Of a stretch of DNA of 64,000 nucleotides, positions 9,043 through 17,442 are shown piece by piece. The stretch covers positions 34,575 through 98,574 of the forward strand of contig JBBIRK010000007.1 of NCBI GenBank assembly GCA_037441845.1. The letters run 5' to 3'. How positions within the stretch are numbered: the stretch's first letter is position 1; each line of letters begins with the position of its first letter. The notes below the pieces were generated by a model. It was not told the origin of the DNA, did not search any database, and was given only the letters and a program-made list of their open reading frames with translations. The position numbers and the translations under genes were made by a program. Source of the DNA: Candidatus Zixiibacteriota bacterium (GTDB lineage Bacteria > Zixibacteria > MSB-5A5 > UBA10806 > 4484-95).

Positions 9043-9114
9043 GTGGAAGTTTTCATGATTGAGGAATTGGAAGAAAGGATTGCCCCAGCGGGCTACATCG
9101 GATCCGGTTCCTAA
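9043..9114 (+). CDS. 23-aa small peptide MEVFMIEELEERIAPAGYIGSGS (candidate leader+core precursor)
   Basis: AAAGGAGG at 9031-9038, GTG 9043 (in-frame ATG 9055), TAA 9112-9114; own promoter upstream and terminator downstream; below the ORF-track length cutoff. Confidence 0.7.
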   Translation: MEVFMIEELEERIAPAGYIGSGS

Positions 9115-9129
9115 TCTGTCTCAGATTGA

Positions 9130-12100
9130 CTATGAGATGAAAACCGCCCTACCCGGGCGGTTTTCTTTTGGATAGGGATCCCCTAAACCCGCTGGGGACG
9201 ATTTTACCGCATTCTTCAGCTCGATATACTTATCGACCCCCGCAAAACCAACCGGTGATTCTCGACCCGATAACGCAACATAGTTCGCAGAAAGTAACTT
9301 GAAGATCGATTCGGCTGATTTGATGGCTTTGAAAAAAGTCTTCGTTTTGCCGCAACGACGATAGATTCCCGCCTCCATCAGATTGCAAAGAAACAAGTCC
9401 GGCAGGCAACCCGATTTCTCCGCCAGGGAGCGCGAGCGCGCTGTCCGGTCGAGGGCGCGATCGAATTTTTCCAGTTCTATATATGCGGCGGCAAGGGCAA
9501 TCTCAGCGGCGATCCTGGTCGTTATCCCCGCTCCAGGCGCGAGGGCGTTTTCGAGAACCTGCGCCGCCGGACCGGCCTCACCCGCCGCGATATAAAGTTC
9601 GGCCACTCGTATGGTGCTCAACAGAAGAAGATCGTCATATTTCCCCGAGGCGGCTGAGAGTAAAAGCTCTTTGCACTTATCGATAACGTCTGATGACTTT
9701 CGATTATCGGCGAATTTCAAGACCCAGTACCGTCTTTGAAGGTTCTGATAGACGGTCAAATTGTCGAATCGGGAGATTTGGTCTAAAAGATCGCTGGGGG
9801 CTTTTTCCAGCTCGGTTTTATAGGAAAAAAGGATTTTCATCAGAATGATATCAGCCGCAAGTTCATTATTTGAGATGTCCCGGGACAATCTTTCGGCTTC
9901 CCGCAAAGCGTTAAGGGCGAGTTTATAATTTCCCAAGGCAAGACAATCCCTGGTTATCAGGAGGGCGGCTCTGGCTCCCGCCATGCTTTGTTCCAGACGG
10001 CCCGCCAGATCCAGCGTTTCCTGATTGTAATTGACCGATTTCAGGAAATCGCCGAGTTCATGATAGGCCCAGCCGATATTGGAAACTATATCCAGCTCCA
10101 GCTGAGTCAGGCCGCTGGCGTGTGCTATCCGCCGGCTTTCAATGAAGTAATTCAGAGCAGTCTGAGAATCACCGGAATTCAGATGAAAAAAGCCTATATT
10201 ATTGAGGACAACCGCCTGTCTTTCGAGATTGTCGGTCTTTCTGGCGCAATCGAGGGCCAACTCGAATTGCTCGAGCACCTCGGTTTTGCGGCCGGTGATA
10301 TCGCGGATGATGCCGATATTGCTGTGAAGTTTAGATTGCTCGACCAGATTGCCCAGCTGACGATTGATTTCGAGCGCCTCGATAAAATGCGACTCCGCTC
10401 GGTGGTAGTCGCCCAGATTCCAACTGGCCAGCCCGATATTATTAAGGCAGGCCGCCTGCATCGCCCTATCATTGGATTTTCTATAGTAATCGAGCGCCCG
10501 GTTGGAAAAGATCAACGATTTTCCGGTCTTCTGCATAATTCGATAAAGATCGCCGAGGTTCTTGTCGATTAAGGCCAGACTTCCCGGGTGGTCCTTTTTA
10601 CAGATAGCGGCGGCCCTAAGATAGTAAGATTCCGCGGAGATATGGTCCGCCGCAGCCTTGGCTATGTCTCCTGCCAAAATCAAGGCGGCGATTCGGGATT
10701 CCTCGCTCAGATTTTCAGGAAATCCGGACTCGATGATTTGAATCGATTTCGCCGAATGCCACTGCGCCCTGGGCAAATCGAAAGATCCAAAAAACGCGGC
10801 TGCCGCTTTTTGGGAGAAATCGAACGCTTTCTCCCAAGAACAAGCCTCGTAATAATGCGTGGCTATGGCATCCAAAGAACCGGGACTGCGGTTTTCGAGA
10901 TATTGCGCTAGTCTCAGATGCATCGCCCGGCGGTCTTTCTCGGCGATCCGCTGGGCTATATATATTGATAAGCTGCGGTTCGTAATCCGAAAACCGTTTT
11001 CATCGCTTTCGATTGTATTTTCCGATACCAAGGATTGCAGGCTCGATTCGATATTCGAATATCCGACGCCCTCCAGTTCGGCAAGCGCATCCGATTTCAA
11101 CCGGTCATCGGCCACTGCCAGCCACTCGAGCAGTTTTCGAGCCTTAAGGTCGAGTCTGGCAACGAATTTTTCATGCTCGCTTGCGACTTTGGGCGGGATA
11201 AGCGTTTCATCGAATCCCCCTGCATACGACCAGCCTTTGTTACCATAAACAAGCTGACGCTCGTCGATCATAAATTTGAGATACATGCGGACCACCGCCG
11301 GATTTCCCTTGCCGAGATGGCGCAGAACAGACTGCAATTCGTCGGGCACAGAATGTTTTTTCAGGTATTGAACGAGCGGGTCGGATGGAGAGGATTTCGC
11401 TTTTGACTGCTCGGGGATGAATGCCGGAACGGCGGAATCGAGATAGGCATCGGCATTGGCGGCTATCAAGTTCGTCAACTGTTCCTGCCAGCCGAAAAGA
11501 GCGGCAGCGGCAAAAGGCGAACCCGGCCGATCGGCGGGATTGCGGGATATCATGGATCGAATCGCCGCCTTCACATTGTTATCGGAAATGTTCAAAGGTG
11601 GCGGTTCGGATTCCGAAACTATTTTCAACAATTGATCGATATTGTCAGCATCGAACGGCAATCTGCCGGAAAGGATTTCGTAAAAACAGATGCCCAGCGA
11701 ATAGATATCGATGGCTGGGCTCATGGATCCGCCCTTGAGCAATTCCGGGGCTAAGTATTGAATCGTGCCGGACGGGATATCGCCGCTTTCGCATTCAGGC
11801 GTGACCAAATTGAAATCGATGAGCCTAATCTGTCCGTTTGCCATGAGCAGAAAATTGGCCGGTTTGTAATCGGAATAGATATATCCGCAATGATTAATGA
11901 ATTGGGCGATTTCGAGCATTTGCAGGAAAACGGACTCCAATTGTTTATCATCGAGCTTTCCGCACAAGGCGGCCAGCGGAGAACCCTGGATAAATTCCAT
12001 AGTGAAACCGGGACCGTCCGGAGTTTCCCAGTATCCGCCGATAACCGGCAGCTTTGGATGTCGGTGCAGAGATAGAAAATGATATTCACGTTGAAGTGCG

Positions 12101-12246
12101 TCCTTGGCCGCGGGGGTGTTTATATTGAGTCTCTTGAAAGCCTCGACTTTTCCGGTCACGCGGTTGCGCACGCGGTAAATGGTGGCCAGACCACCTTCGC
12201 CGCAAACGTTCAAAATTTCATAATTATTTTCGAACCGGGCTTTCAT
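9130..12246 (-). CDS. Hanks-type Ser/Thr protein kinase with STAND-like helical remnant and long TPR array
   Basis: GEGGLATIY, AFK, YSDYKPAN, IDFNL, GTIQYLAPE, DIYSLG; repeated (L)NNIG/NLG TPR motifs. Confidence 0.9.
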   Translation of the reverse strand: MKARFENNYEILNVCGEGGLATIYRVRNRVTGKVEAFKRLNINTPAAKDALQREYHFLSLHRHPKLPVIGGYWETPDGPGFTMEFIQGSPLAALCGKLDDKQLESVFLQMLEIAQFINHCGYIYSDYKPANFLLMANGQIRLIDFNLVTPECESGDIPSGTIQYLAPELLKGGSMSPAIDIYSLGICFYEILSGRLPFDADNIDQLLKIVSESEPPPLNISDNNVKAAIRSMISRNPADRPGSPFAAAALFGWQEQLTNLIAANADAYLDSAVPAFIPEQSKAKSSPSDPLVQYLKKHSVPDELQSVLRHLGKGNPAVVRMYLKFMIDERQLVYGNKGWSYAGGFDETLIPPKVASEHEKFVARLDLKARKLLEWLAVADDRLKSDALAELEGVGYSNIESSLQSLVSENTIESDENGFRITNRSLSIYIAQRIAEKDRRAMHLRLAQYLENRSPGSLDAIATHYYEACSWEKAFDFSQKAAAAFFGSFDLPRAQWHSAKSIQIIESGFPENLSEESRIAALILAGDIAKAAADHISAESYYLRAAAICKKDHPGSLALIDKNLGDLYRIMQKTGKSLIFSNRALDYYRKSNDRAMQAACLNNIGLASWNLGDYHRAESHFIEALEINRQLGNLVEQSKLHSNIGIIRDITGRKTEVLEQFELALDCARKTDNLERQAVVLNNIGFFHLNSGDSQTALNYFIESRRIAHASGLTQLELDIVSNIGWAYHELGDFLKSVNYNQETLDLAGRLEQSMAGARAALLITRDCLALGNYKLALNALREAERLSRDISNNELAADIILMKILFSYKTELEKAPSDLLDQISRFDNLTVYQNLQRRYWVLKFADNRKSSDVIDKCKELLLSAASGKYDDLLLLSTIRVAELYIAAGEAGPAAQVLENALAPGAGITTRIAAEIALAAAYIELEKFDRALDRTARSRSLAEKSGCLPDLFLCNLMEAGIYRRCGKTKTFFKAIKSAESIFKLLSANYVALSGRESPVGFAGVDKYIELKNAVKSSPAGLGDPYPKENRPGRAVFIS
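9139..9169 (+). terminator. Intrinsic terminator of the small peptide gene (overlaps the kinase 3' end)
   Basis: GAAAACCGCCC-TACCC-GGGCGGTTTTC perfect 11-bp inverted repeat, then TTTT. Confidence 0.8.
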
Positions 12247-13955
12247 TGGGCGGCAGCGGCCAGTTTTAATTCTATCTCGAAGACCGCCCCGCCTTGAGGA
12301 TGGTTATAGGCTTTGATTTTCCCGCCGTGATTGTTGATTATCCTCAGGCAGGTGGAAAGTCCCAGGCCATGCCCGGCTTTCTTGGTGGTGAGATGGGGCT
12401 CGAAGAGGCGTGGCAGAATTTCGGGCGCGATGCCGGGACCGTTATCGGATACGGTAATCAAGGCGATTCTTTTTTCGTTATCGGCGGTCGCCGTTATCGA
12501 AATCTGACCCTCCCCGGAACAATACTCGGCGAATACGTCGGCGGCGTTGTTAAGAAGATTTAACAGCACCTGATGAATCTGGCCGATGTCGATAAAAAGA
12601 GGAGGCAGGGTCGAAGGAACATCGACATTGAACGATACACGCTTGAATTTCGGCTGGGGCCTGACCAAAAAGATGATTTCCTCCACCAGCCTGCTGAAAT
12701 CATAGGCCACGGGCTTGGATTCGAGTGCTGAAAAATCCATCAATCCGTCGGTAAACCGCTTTATTCGATCGACATTTTTAACGATGACCTCGATTTTGTT
12801 TTTCAAATTGTCATAGTTTCCATGTGAAAGATTGAGAGCGGCCAACTGAGCATTAGTGGAAATCACCGTCAGATAATTGTTGAGTTCATGACCTATGGCC
12901 GCGGCCATTTCACCCTTGCCGATCAGTTTTTCCGATAGGATCAGATATTGTTCGAGAACGACTTGATCGGTGATATCTTCGATCAGAATTATGTGCCCGG
13001 TCATATCGCCGCGATAGTTTTCGAATGGACAGAAACGCAGCCTGAGGATGCTCTCCTCATCGTGAAAACAGACGTTGAATCTCGACACTTCCACCGGTTT
13101 GGCGTTCTGCAAAGACATATTGTCGAGGAACACCGCAAGATATTTCTCGGGCACGATATCGCTTATTTTAAGATTCTCGAATACGGAGTGGTCGGATATA
13201 TGGCTGATCCAGCCAATCTTCAGGAAAATTTTTTGGGCCGCCTCGTTAATTGCGGAGATGATCTGGTCCTTGTTCACTACTACCAGGCCGATCGGGGTAT
13301 TGGCGATTATGTTCTGCTGATATTTCTGCAGTTCGAGAACTTCGGAATAAAGTCGGGCGTTATGAATCGCCAGGGCCGCCTGGGCGGCGAACATCTCGAA
13401 TAAAACGAGATCCTGTTTAAGAAAGATGTTGGCTTGAGAGGAATTATCTATGTAAACCACGCCGATTATTCGGGTCTTGATACGCAGCGGGACGCACATC
13501 GCCGATCGAATATTCAAAGCGACGATCGAGGCTTTCTTAAGGAACCGCTCGTCATTGAGAGCATCGGAGGTGTAAATCGATTGGCCGGTGCGAACCACCA
13601 TATCGGCGATGGTGGTCGATATGCGCAAATCCTCCGAAGCCAATTGGTCTTTATTGATATTATGAGCGGTCTTGAACTGCAGCTTGCCATGGTCGTCAAG
13701 CAACATCAAAAAGCCCCGTTCCGCATTGAACAAAGCGACCGACTTGGTCATCACGATGCCTAAAATGTCTTCCAGAATAAGAGTGGAGTTGACCGCTTGA
13801 CTGATGTCGTAAAGCGCCGCCAGATCTTCATATTCAAGGTTCTGGGGAGGACCCTCCGGGGTGGGGGTGCTTTCGGCGGCCTGTTTCTTGAATTCCGCAA
13901 GAGCCGCGGCGATATTGGCGATATCCAATTTATGTGTCGATTCAGAATCGAGCAT
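12243..13955 (-). CDS. Soluble GAF-PAS sensor histidine kinase
   Basis: GAF (RSAMCVPL..IGVVYIDN), PAS-like segment, H-box AIGHELNN, N-box NLLNNAAD, G1 DNGPGI, G2 GHGLGL; 4-nt overlap with the Ser/Thr kinase start. Confidence 0.9.
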   Translation of the reverse strand: MLDSESTHKLDIANIAAALAEFKKQAAESTPTPEGPPQNLEYEDLAALYDISQAVNSTLILEDILGIVMTKSVALFNAERGFLMLLDDHGKLQFKTAHNINKDQLASEDLRISTTIADMVVRTGQSIYTSDALNDERFLKKASIVALNIRSAMCVPLRIKTRIIGVVYIDNSSQANIFLKQDLVLFEMFAAQAALAIHNARLYSEVLELQKYQQNIIANTPIGLVVVNKDQIISAINEAAQKIFLKIGWISHISDHSVFENLKISDIVPEKYLAVFLDNMSLQNAKPVEVSRFNVCFHDEESILRLRFCPFENYRGDMTGHIILIEDITDQVVLEQYLILSEKLIGKGEMAAAIGHELNNYLTVISTNAQLAALNLSHGNYDNLKNKIEVIVKNVDRIKRFTDGLMDFSALESKPVAYDFSRLVEEIIFLVRPQPKFKRVSFNVDVPSTLPPLFIDIGQIHQVLLNLLNNAADVFAEYCSGEGQISITATADNEKRIALITVSDNGPGIAPEILPRLFEPHLTTKKAGHGLGLSTCLRIINNHGGKIKAYNHPQGGAVFEIELKLAAAAQ

Positions 13956-14126
13956 TGGCACTCCCTCAATGGGCGCTATCGATAAAACAGGATCGGTCCT
14001 TTACTGATTATATTATCGGCTGTAAATGATTGCGGATAAGCGCCGAGGCAATAAATTCTTTTTGATTCTTACTGATTGCAAGACGAAAGTCCGAAAAAAC
14101 CGCCCCGAAATCAGGCCAGGGGTTGC

Positions 14127-14684
14127 TTAACGCCGATCGAATCCGCTGGGCGAATCAGTAAGCGGAGACTCGATACGATATGAACGTTCGAGCACGAGAG
14201 GATTATAGACCGGGCATACCTCTTTTTGAACGCATACCGGGCAATTGGAACGCCTGTAGTATCGGCGATGGATCGCGATCGCCGCGACATAAATGCCGAA
14301 AAGGCCATCGGGAACAAACGCGAAGCCGTCCAGAAGGCCCAGCAAACCCACGCCCAGCGGCAGCGCCCTTGCCAGCCAAATCGGCAAGGTCAATGCATAT
14401 CCGGAACCGAAATACTTCGGGTCGCCTTTCTTGAAAGCGAAACCTGCCAGCAAACCCCAGCCGGTATTGCATCTTTTCCCGAAATAGTAGCATTTGGTGC
14501 ATCGCAGCAGGGGAAGAAACACAAAAAGCGATACGCCCCACCAAGCGGCCAAAAACAGCCCGAGGTTTTGCGAAAATCTCATTACCAAGAAAAGCGATAA
14601 ACCAATCTCGGCGGCACCCAGAATCCAGCGCGGGATGATTTTCCGCCAGGGATACAATTCATAAAGCGGGGTATGCCGACTCAT
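14127..14684 (-). CDS. Hypothetical ~4-TM membrane protein with two Cys clusters
   Basis: ATG 14684 (MSRHTPL...); hydrophobic helices; CTKCYYFGKRC and CPVCVQKEVCP. Confidence 0.65.
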   Translation of the reverse strand: MSRHTPLYELYPWRKIIPRWILGAAEIGLSLFLVMRFSQNLGLFLAAWWGVSLFVFLPLLRCTKCYYFGKRCNTGWGLLAGFAFKKGDPKYFGSGYALTLPIWLARALPLGVGLLGLLDGFAFVPDGLFGIYVAAIAIHRRYYRRSNCPVCVQKEVCPVYNPLVLERSYRIESPLTDSPSGFDRR

Positions 14685-14690
14685 GATTAT

Positions 14691-14719
14691 AATATATGGA
14701 CAATCAGTTGGAGGGGCAA
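14691..14719 (-). promoter_or_regulatory. Putative promoter giving a leaderless transcript
   Basis: TTGCCC-17-TATATT; the ATG A (14684) is 7 nt after the -10 box. Confidence 0.5.
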
Positions 14720-14820
14720 GTTTTCTGTTTACAAAACAGCATAAGCTGTAACAATATTGCCGGGGCAATCGTAACGATAGTGGGGCATAAGGCAGATGAA
14801 GTCTTAGTGGAAGGAGCGCT

Positions 14821-16062
14821 ATGAAAAACCGCAGAACCGGATTGATCATGGTTGCGGCGGTGATCGCCGCTTTCGCCTCTCTGGCAGAGGCCACCATATT
14901 CATAAAGGGGCATAATAAAACTTTTCCTCCGGATTCGGTATATACCGATGACGTTTATGTCGGGCTCAATAAAAGCAGGTTCGAATCGACCGTAAAAGGA
15001 GATTTGGTTGGAGCCAGCCAGGAATTGGCGTATTCGGGGAAAACCGATGGCAACCTGATTTGGGGCTGTCGCGCCATGAGCATCAATGGGCCGGTCGGCG
15101 GAACTTTTATCGCTTTCGCCCAGGATGTGGAGATCAATGCCCAGGTGATGCGAAACTTCATCGCCTTCGCTTCGAAAGTCATCTCCGGGCCCGCCTACTC
15201 TGTGGCTCGGGATATGACTGTTTTTTGCAAAGAATTGGCATTCGACGGCATCTGCGGGGGCGATCTACGGGCATTCTGCGAATCCGCCGAAATTTCGGGA
15301 ACAGTCAAAGGAGATGTAAGGGTCAAGGCGGATAACCTGGCTTTCGGATCGAATGCAGTGGTGGACGGCGATGTGTATTTCGAAGGGCCGACCATGGCGA
15401 AAATCCCCGAGGGGGCGAAAATCCAGGGCGAAATCCATTGGAAAGTGCCAAGCCCGAAAGAACGCCAACCCTCTTACAAGGCATTTCTGCCGATAATTAT
15501 TTCAATGGCGGTATATATTGTCTTCAATTGGATATTCACTTTAATCGCGTTTCTATTGGCAATTCTTCTGAACAACATAGTTTTCACCGCGCTTACTTTA
15601 TTAGCCATGATAGTGAGCGGTATTGTGGTGATCGCCCTATCGAAAAAATCGGCGATGAAGGCGGTAAGCGCATTGGAGACGCAAACCTGGACGTCACTCG
15701 GCCTCGGTTTCGTATTGCTGCTGCTGTTCCCGCCGGCCGCCGGCCTGGCCATGCTGACCATAGTCGGGATTCCATTGAGTCTGCTGATTTTATTCGGCTA
15801 CGGTATCGCCTTATTCGCCGGATCCGTTTATGCTTGTCTTTACACGGGAAGGCTCGTGTGCCGACTGCTTAGGATCGAACGTAAGGAACCCGGCTATTTA
15901 TGCTATATCCTCGGCGTGGCGATTATCGGCGGGTTGGCATTGATACCGATAATCCGCTGGATCGCGATTCTGGCGGTCATGATGATGGGTATAGGTTCGG
16001 TGGTTTTGGCGACCGGGAAATTGGGTCGGAAACTCCCCTTGGAAAAGGCCGCATCCGAATAA
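14821..16062 (+). CDS. Bactofilin-like (polymer-forming) beta-helix protein with C-terminal multi-TM domain
   Basis: AAGGAG SD, signal peptide, GxVxGD-type repeats, about 6 C-terminal TM helices with TIVGIPL and IPII motifs. Confidence 0.7.
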   Translation: MKNRRTGLIMVAAVIAAFASLAEATIFIKGHNKTFPPDSVYTDDVYVGLNKSRFESTVKGDLVGASQELAYSGKTDGNLIWGCRAMSINGPVGGTFIAFAQDVEINAQVMRNFIAFASKVISGPAYSVARDMTVFCKELAFDGICGGDLRAFCESAEISGTVKGDVRVKADNLAFGSNAVVDGDVYFEGPTMAKIPEGAKIQGEIHWKVPSPKERQPSYKAFLPIIISMAVYIVFNWIFTLIAFLLAILLNNIVFTALTLLAMIVSGIVVIALSKKSAMKAVSALETQTWTSLGLGFVLLLLFPPAAGLAMLTIVGIPLSLLILFGYGIALFAGSVYACLYTGRLVCRLLRIERKEPGYLCYILGVAIIGGLALIPIIRWIAILAVMMMGIGSVVLATGKLGRKLPLEKAASE

Positions 16063-16071
16063 TCATGCAAG

Positions 16072-16099
16072 AAAAAGGCACCCGACAGAAGCCGGGTGC
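16072..16099 (-). terminator. Intrinsic terminator between convergent genes
   Basis: GCACCCG/CGGGTGC stem with a T5 tail on the minus strand. Confidence 0.7.
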
Positions 16100-16130
16100 T
16101 CTATTAATTACAATCCGCCAAAAGTCGATG

Positions 16131-17246
16131 CTATTCGGATGAACGGGACAAGCTTCCCGAACTCGGTCCGGTGGCCGCTCCGGATTCGTTGCGGTTGACC
16201 GGTATCAACTTTCCCTGCGGATCCAACCCGAGCGCGAAACGCACCACTCTCGGCAGCAATGCGGCGATATTGTAGCCGTATGTCCAGGCATGTTCGAGCG
16301 GCTGACCGGTCATCACCACCCACCCGAAGCCATAGCTGTACGATATCAATGTCGGTAGGCCGCGGCTGTCAACAGTATACGATATCGTCCCGGGAAGAAG
16401 TTCATAAAACGCCTGGTGCGAGGCGTAATTGCCGTCAAGGGTGCTATCCAGACCGCCGACAAGTTGTAGCTGCGAAGAGGTTATGTAGTTTTGGGGATCA
16501 TATAAGGCTGAATCCTTGACCCCCCCGGGGAGAGTTATTTCGGCGTCATCTTTCGAACCACCAGCCCAACCCAGATCGCAGGCCTCCCAAAAAACGACTC
16601 CACCATTATATATGAACGAATCGATCCTCGCCTCATAAAGGTGGTAATTGTCATAGAAGGCCTGGTTCTGGTCGTTCGAGATGATCACCAGATCCACGCC
16701 CGGAATAAAGGTCACGGTGTCGAACGATTCGGAAGTGAATATTTGATATTCATTATCGCCGGTGCCAGGAGTAAATCCATTCTGCGCCAACATGCTGTCC
16801 ATAGCATCACTATTCCACGGAAGGTTATCGCGGAAAAGCTTGATCCTGGTCGCTGCTCCGAAACCGGCTTGAGCCACGTCAAGGGTGCAGGCGAATGTGC
16901 CGGTCGGTATATCGATGATCAGCTGAGCCCAGAAAATAATGGTTGCGGTGCTATCGTAAAACTGGATAACGAAATGTCTGTCATCACCCTGAGGAACCCT
17001 CATGGCCATGTTGAAATCATGATTGGGCAGCGGATTGGCGACTCCCACGGAATCCCTGATCGGGGTGGCGATTCCGGCGCCGGCAACATTGGCGATCAGA
17101 TATTCTATTTCCGTAATCAGGGGGTCATCGGGAAAAGCGAGGGTTAGGTTGACATTGGGCGGAGCGGGTTTGGTGCTCTTCTTGGAACAGCCTAACATGA
17201 GTGCGGAGAGCGCAATCAGGCTGAAAATAAAAAAATACTTTTTCAT
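16131..17246 (-). CDS. Lipoprotein with a C-terminal class I GATase-like (alpha/beta) domain, function unknown
   Basis: GAAGGAGG SD, lipobox LMLG-C; DLVII...FIYNGGVVF...YGFGWVV pattern. Confidence 0.65.
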   Translation of the reverse strand: MKKYFFIFSLIALSALMLGCSKKSTKPAPPNVNLTLAFPDDPLITEIEYLIANVAGAGIATPIRDSVGVANPLPNHDFNMAMRVPQGDDRHFVIQFYDSTATIIFWAQLIIDIPTGTFACTLDVAQAGFGAATRIKLFRDNLPWNSDAMDSMLAQNGFTPGTGDNEYQIFTSESFDTVTFIPGVDLVIISNDQNQAFYDNYHLYEARIDSFIYNGGVVFWEACDLGWAGGSKDDAEITLPGGVKDSALYDPQNYITSSQLQLVGGLDSTLDGNYASHQAFYELLPGTISYTVDSRGLPTLISYSYGFGWVVMTGQPLEHAWTYGYNIAALLPRVVRFALGLDPQGKLIPVNRNESGAATGPSSGSLSRSSE

Positions 17247-17311
17247 TCATCCTCCTTCAGGATTGTTGTTTTACGGGCATCGGCAAAACGTCGAAAATCT
17301 TGACAAAATTC

Positions 17312-17340
17312 ATTATAGCGCCGAATAATATCGACGTCAA
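17312..17340 (-). promoter_or_regulatory. Near-consensus sigma70 promoter of the lipoprotein gene
   Basis: TTGACG (17340-17335), 17 nt, TATAAT (17317-17312). Confidence 0.75.
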
Positions 17341-17384
17341 TAAAAGTTCCTGCTTTTTTTCGCTTCTTTATTACACTCGGGAAT

Positions 17385-17414
17385 AAAAAAACCGTCGCGG
17401 CGGGGCGACGGTTT
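17385..17414 (-). terminator. Intrinsic terminator after the 621-aa cohesin/dockerin gene
   Basis: AAACCGTCGC/GCGACGGTTT stem with a T7 run on the minus strand. Confidence 0.8.
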
Positions 17415-17442
17415 CTATCAGCAGCCGTCATATTACCGCTTA

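Noticed and set aside
9043..9114. Assigning the peptide to a known RiPP class such as pearlins
   Set aside because: No PEARL/LanB, radical SAM, YcaO or ABC-peptidase gene in the window; the resemblance is a short motif recalled from memory.
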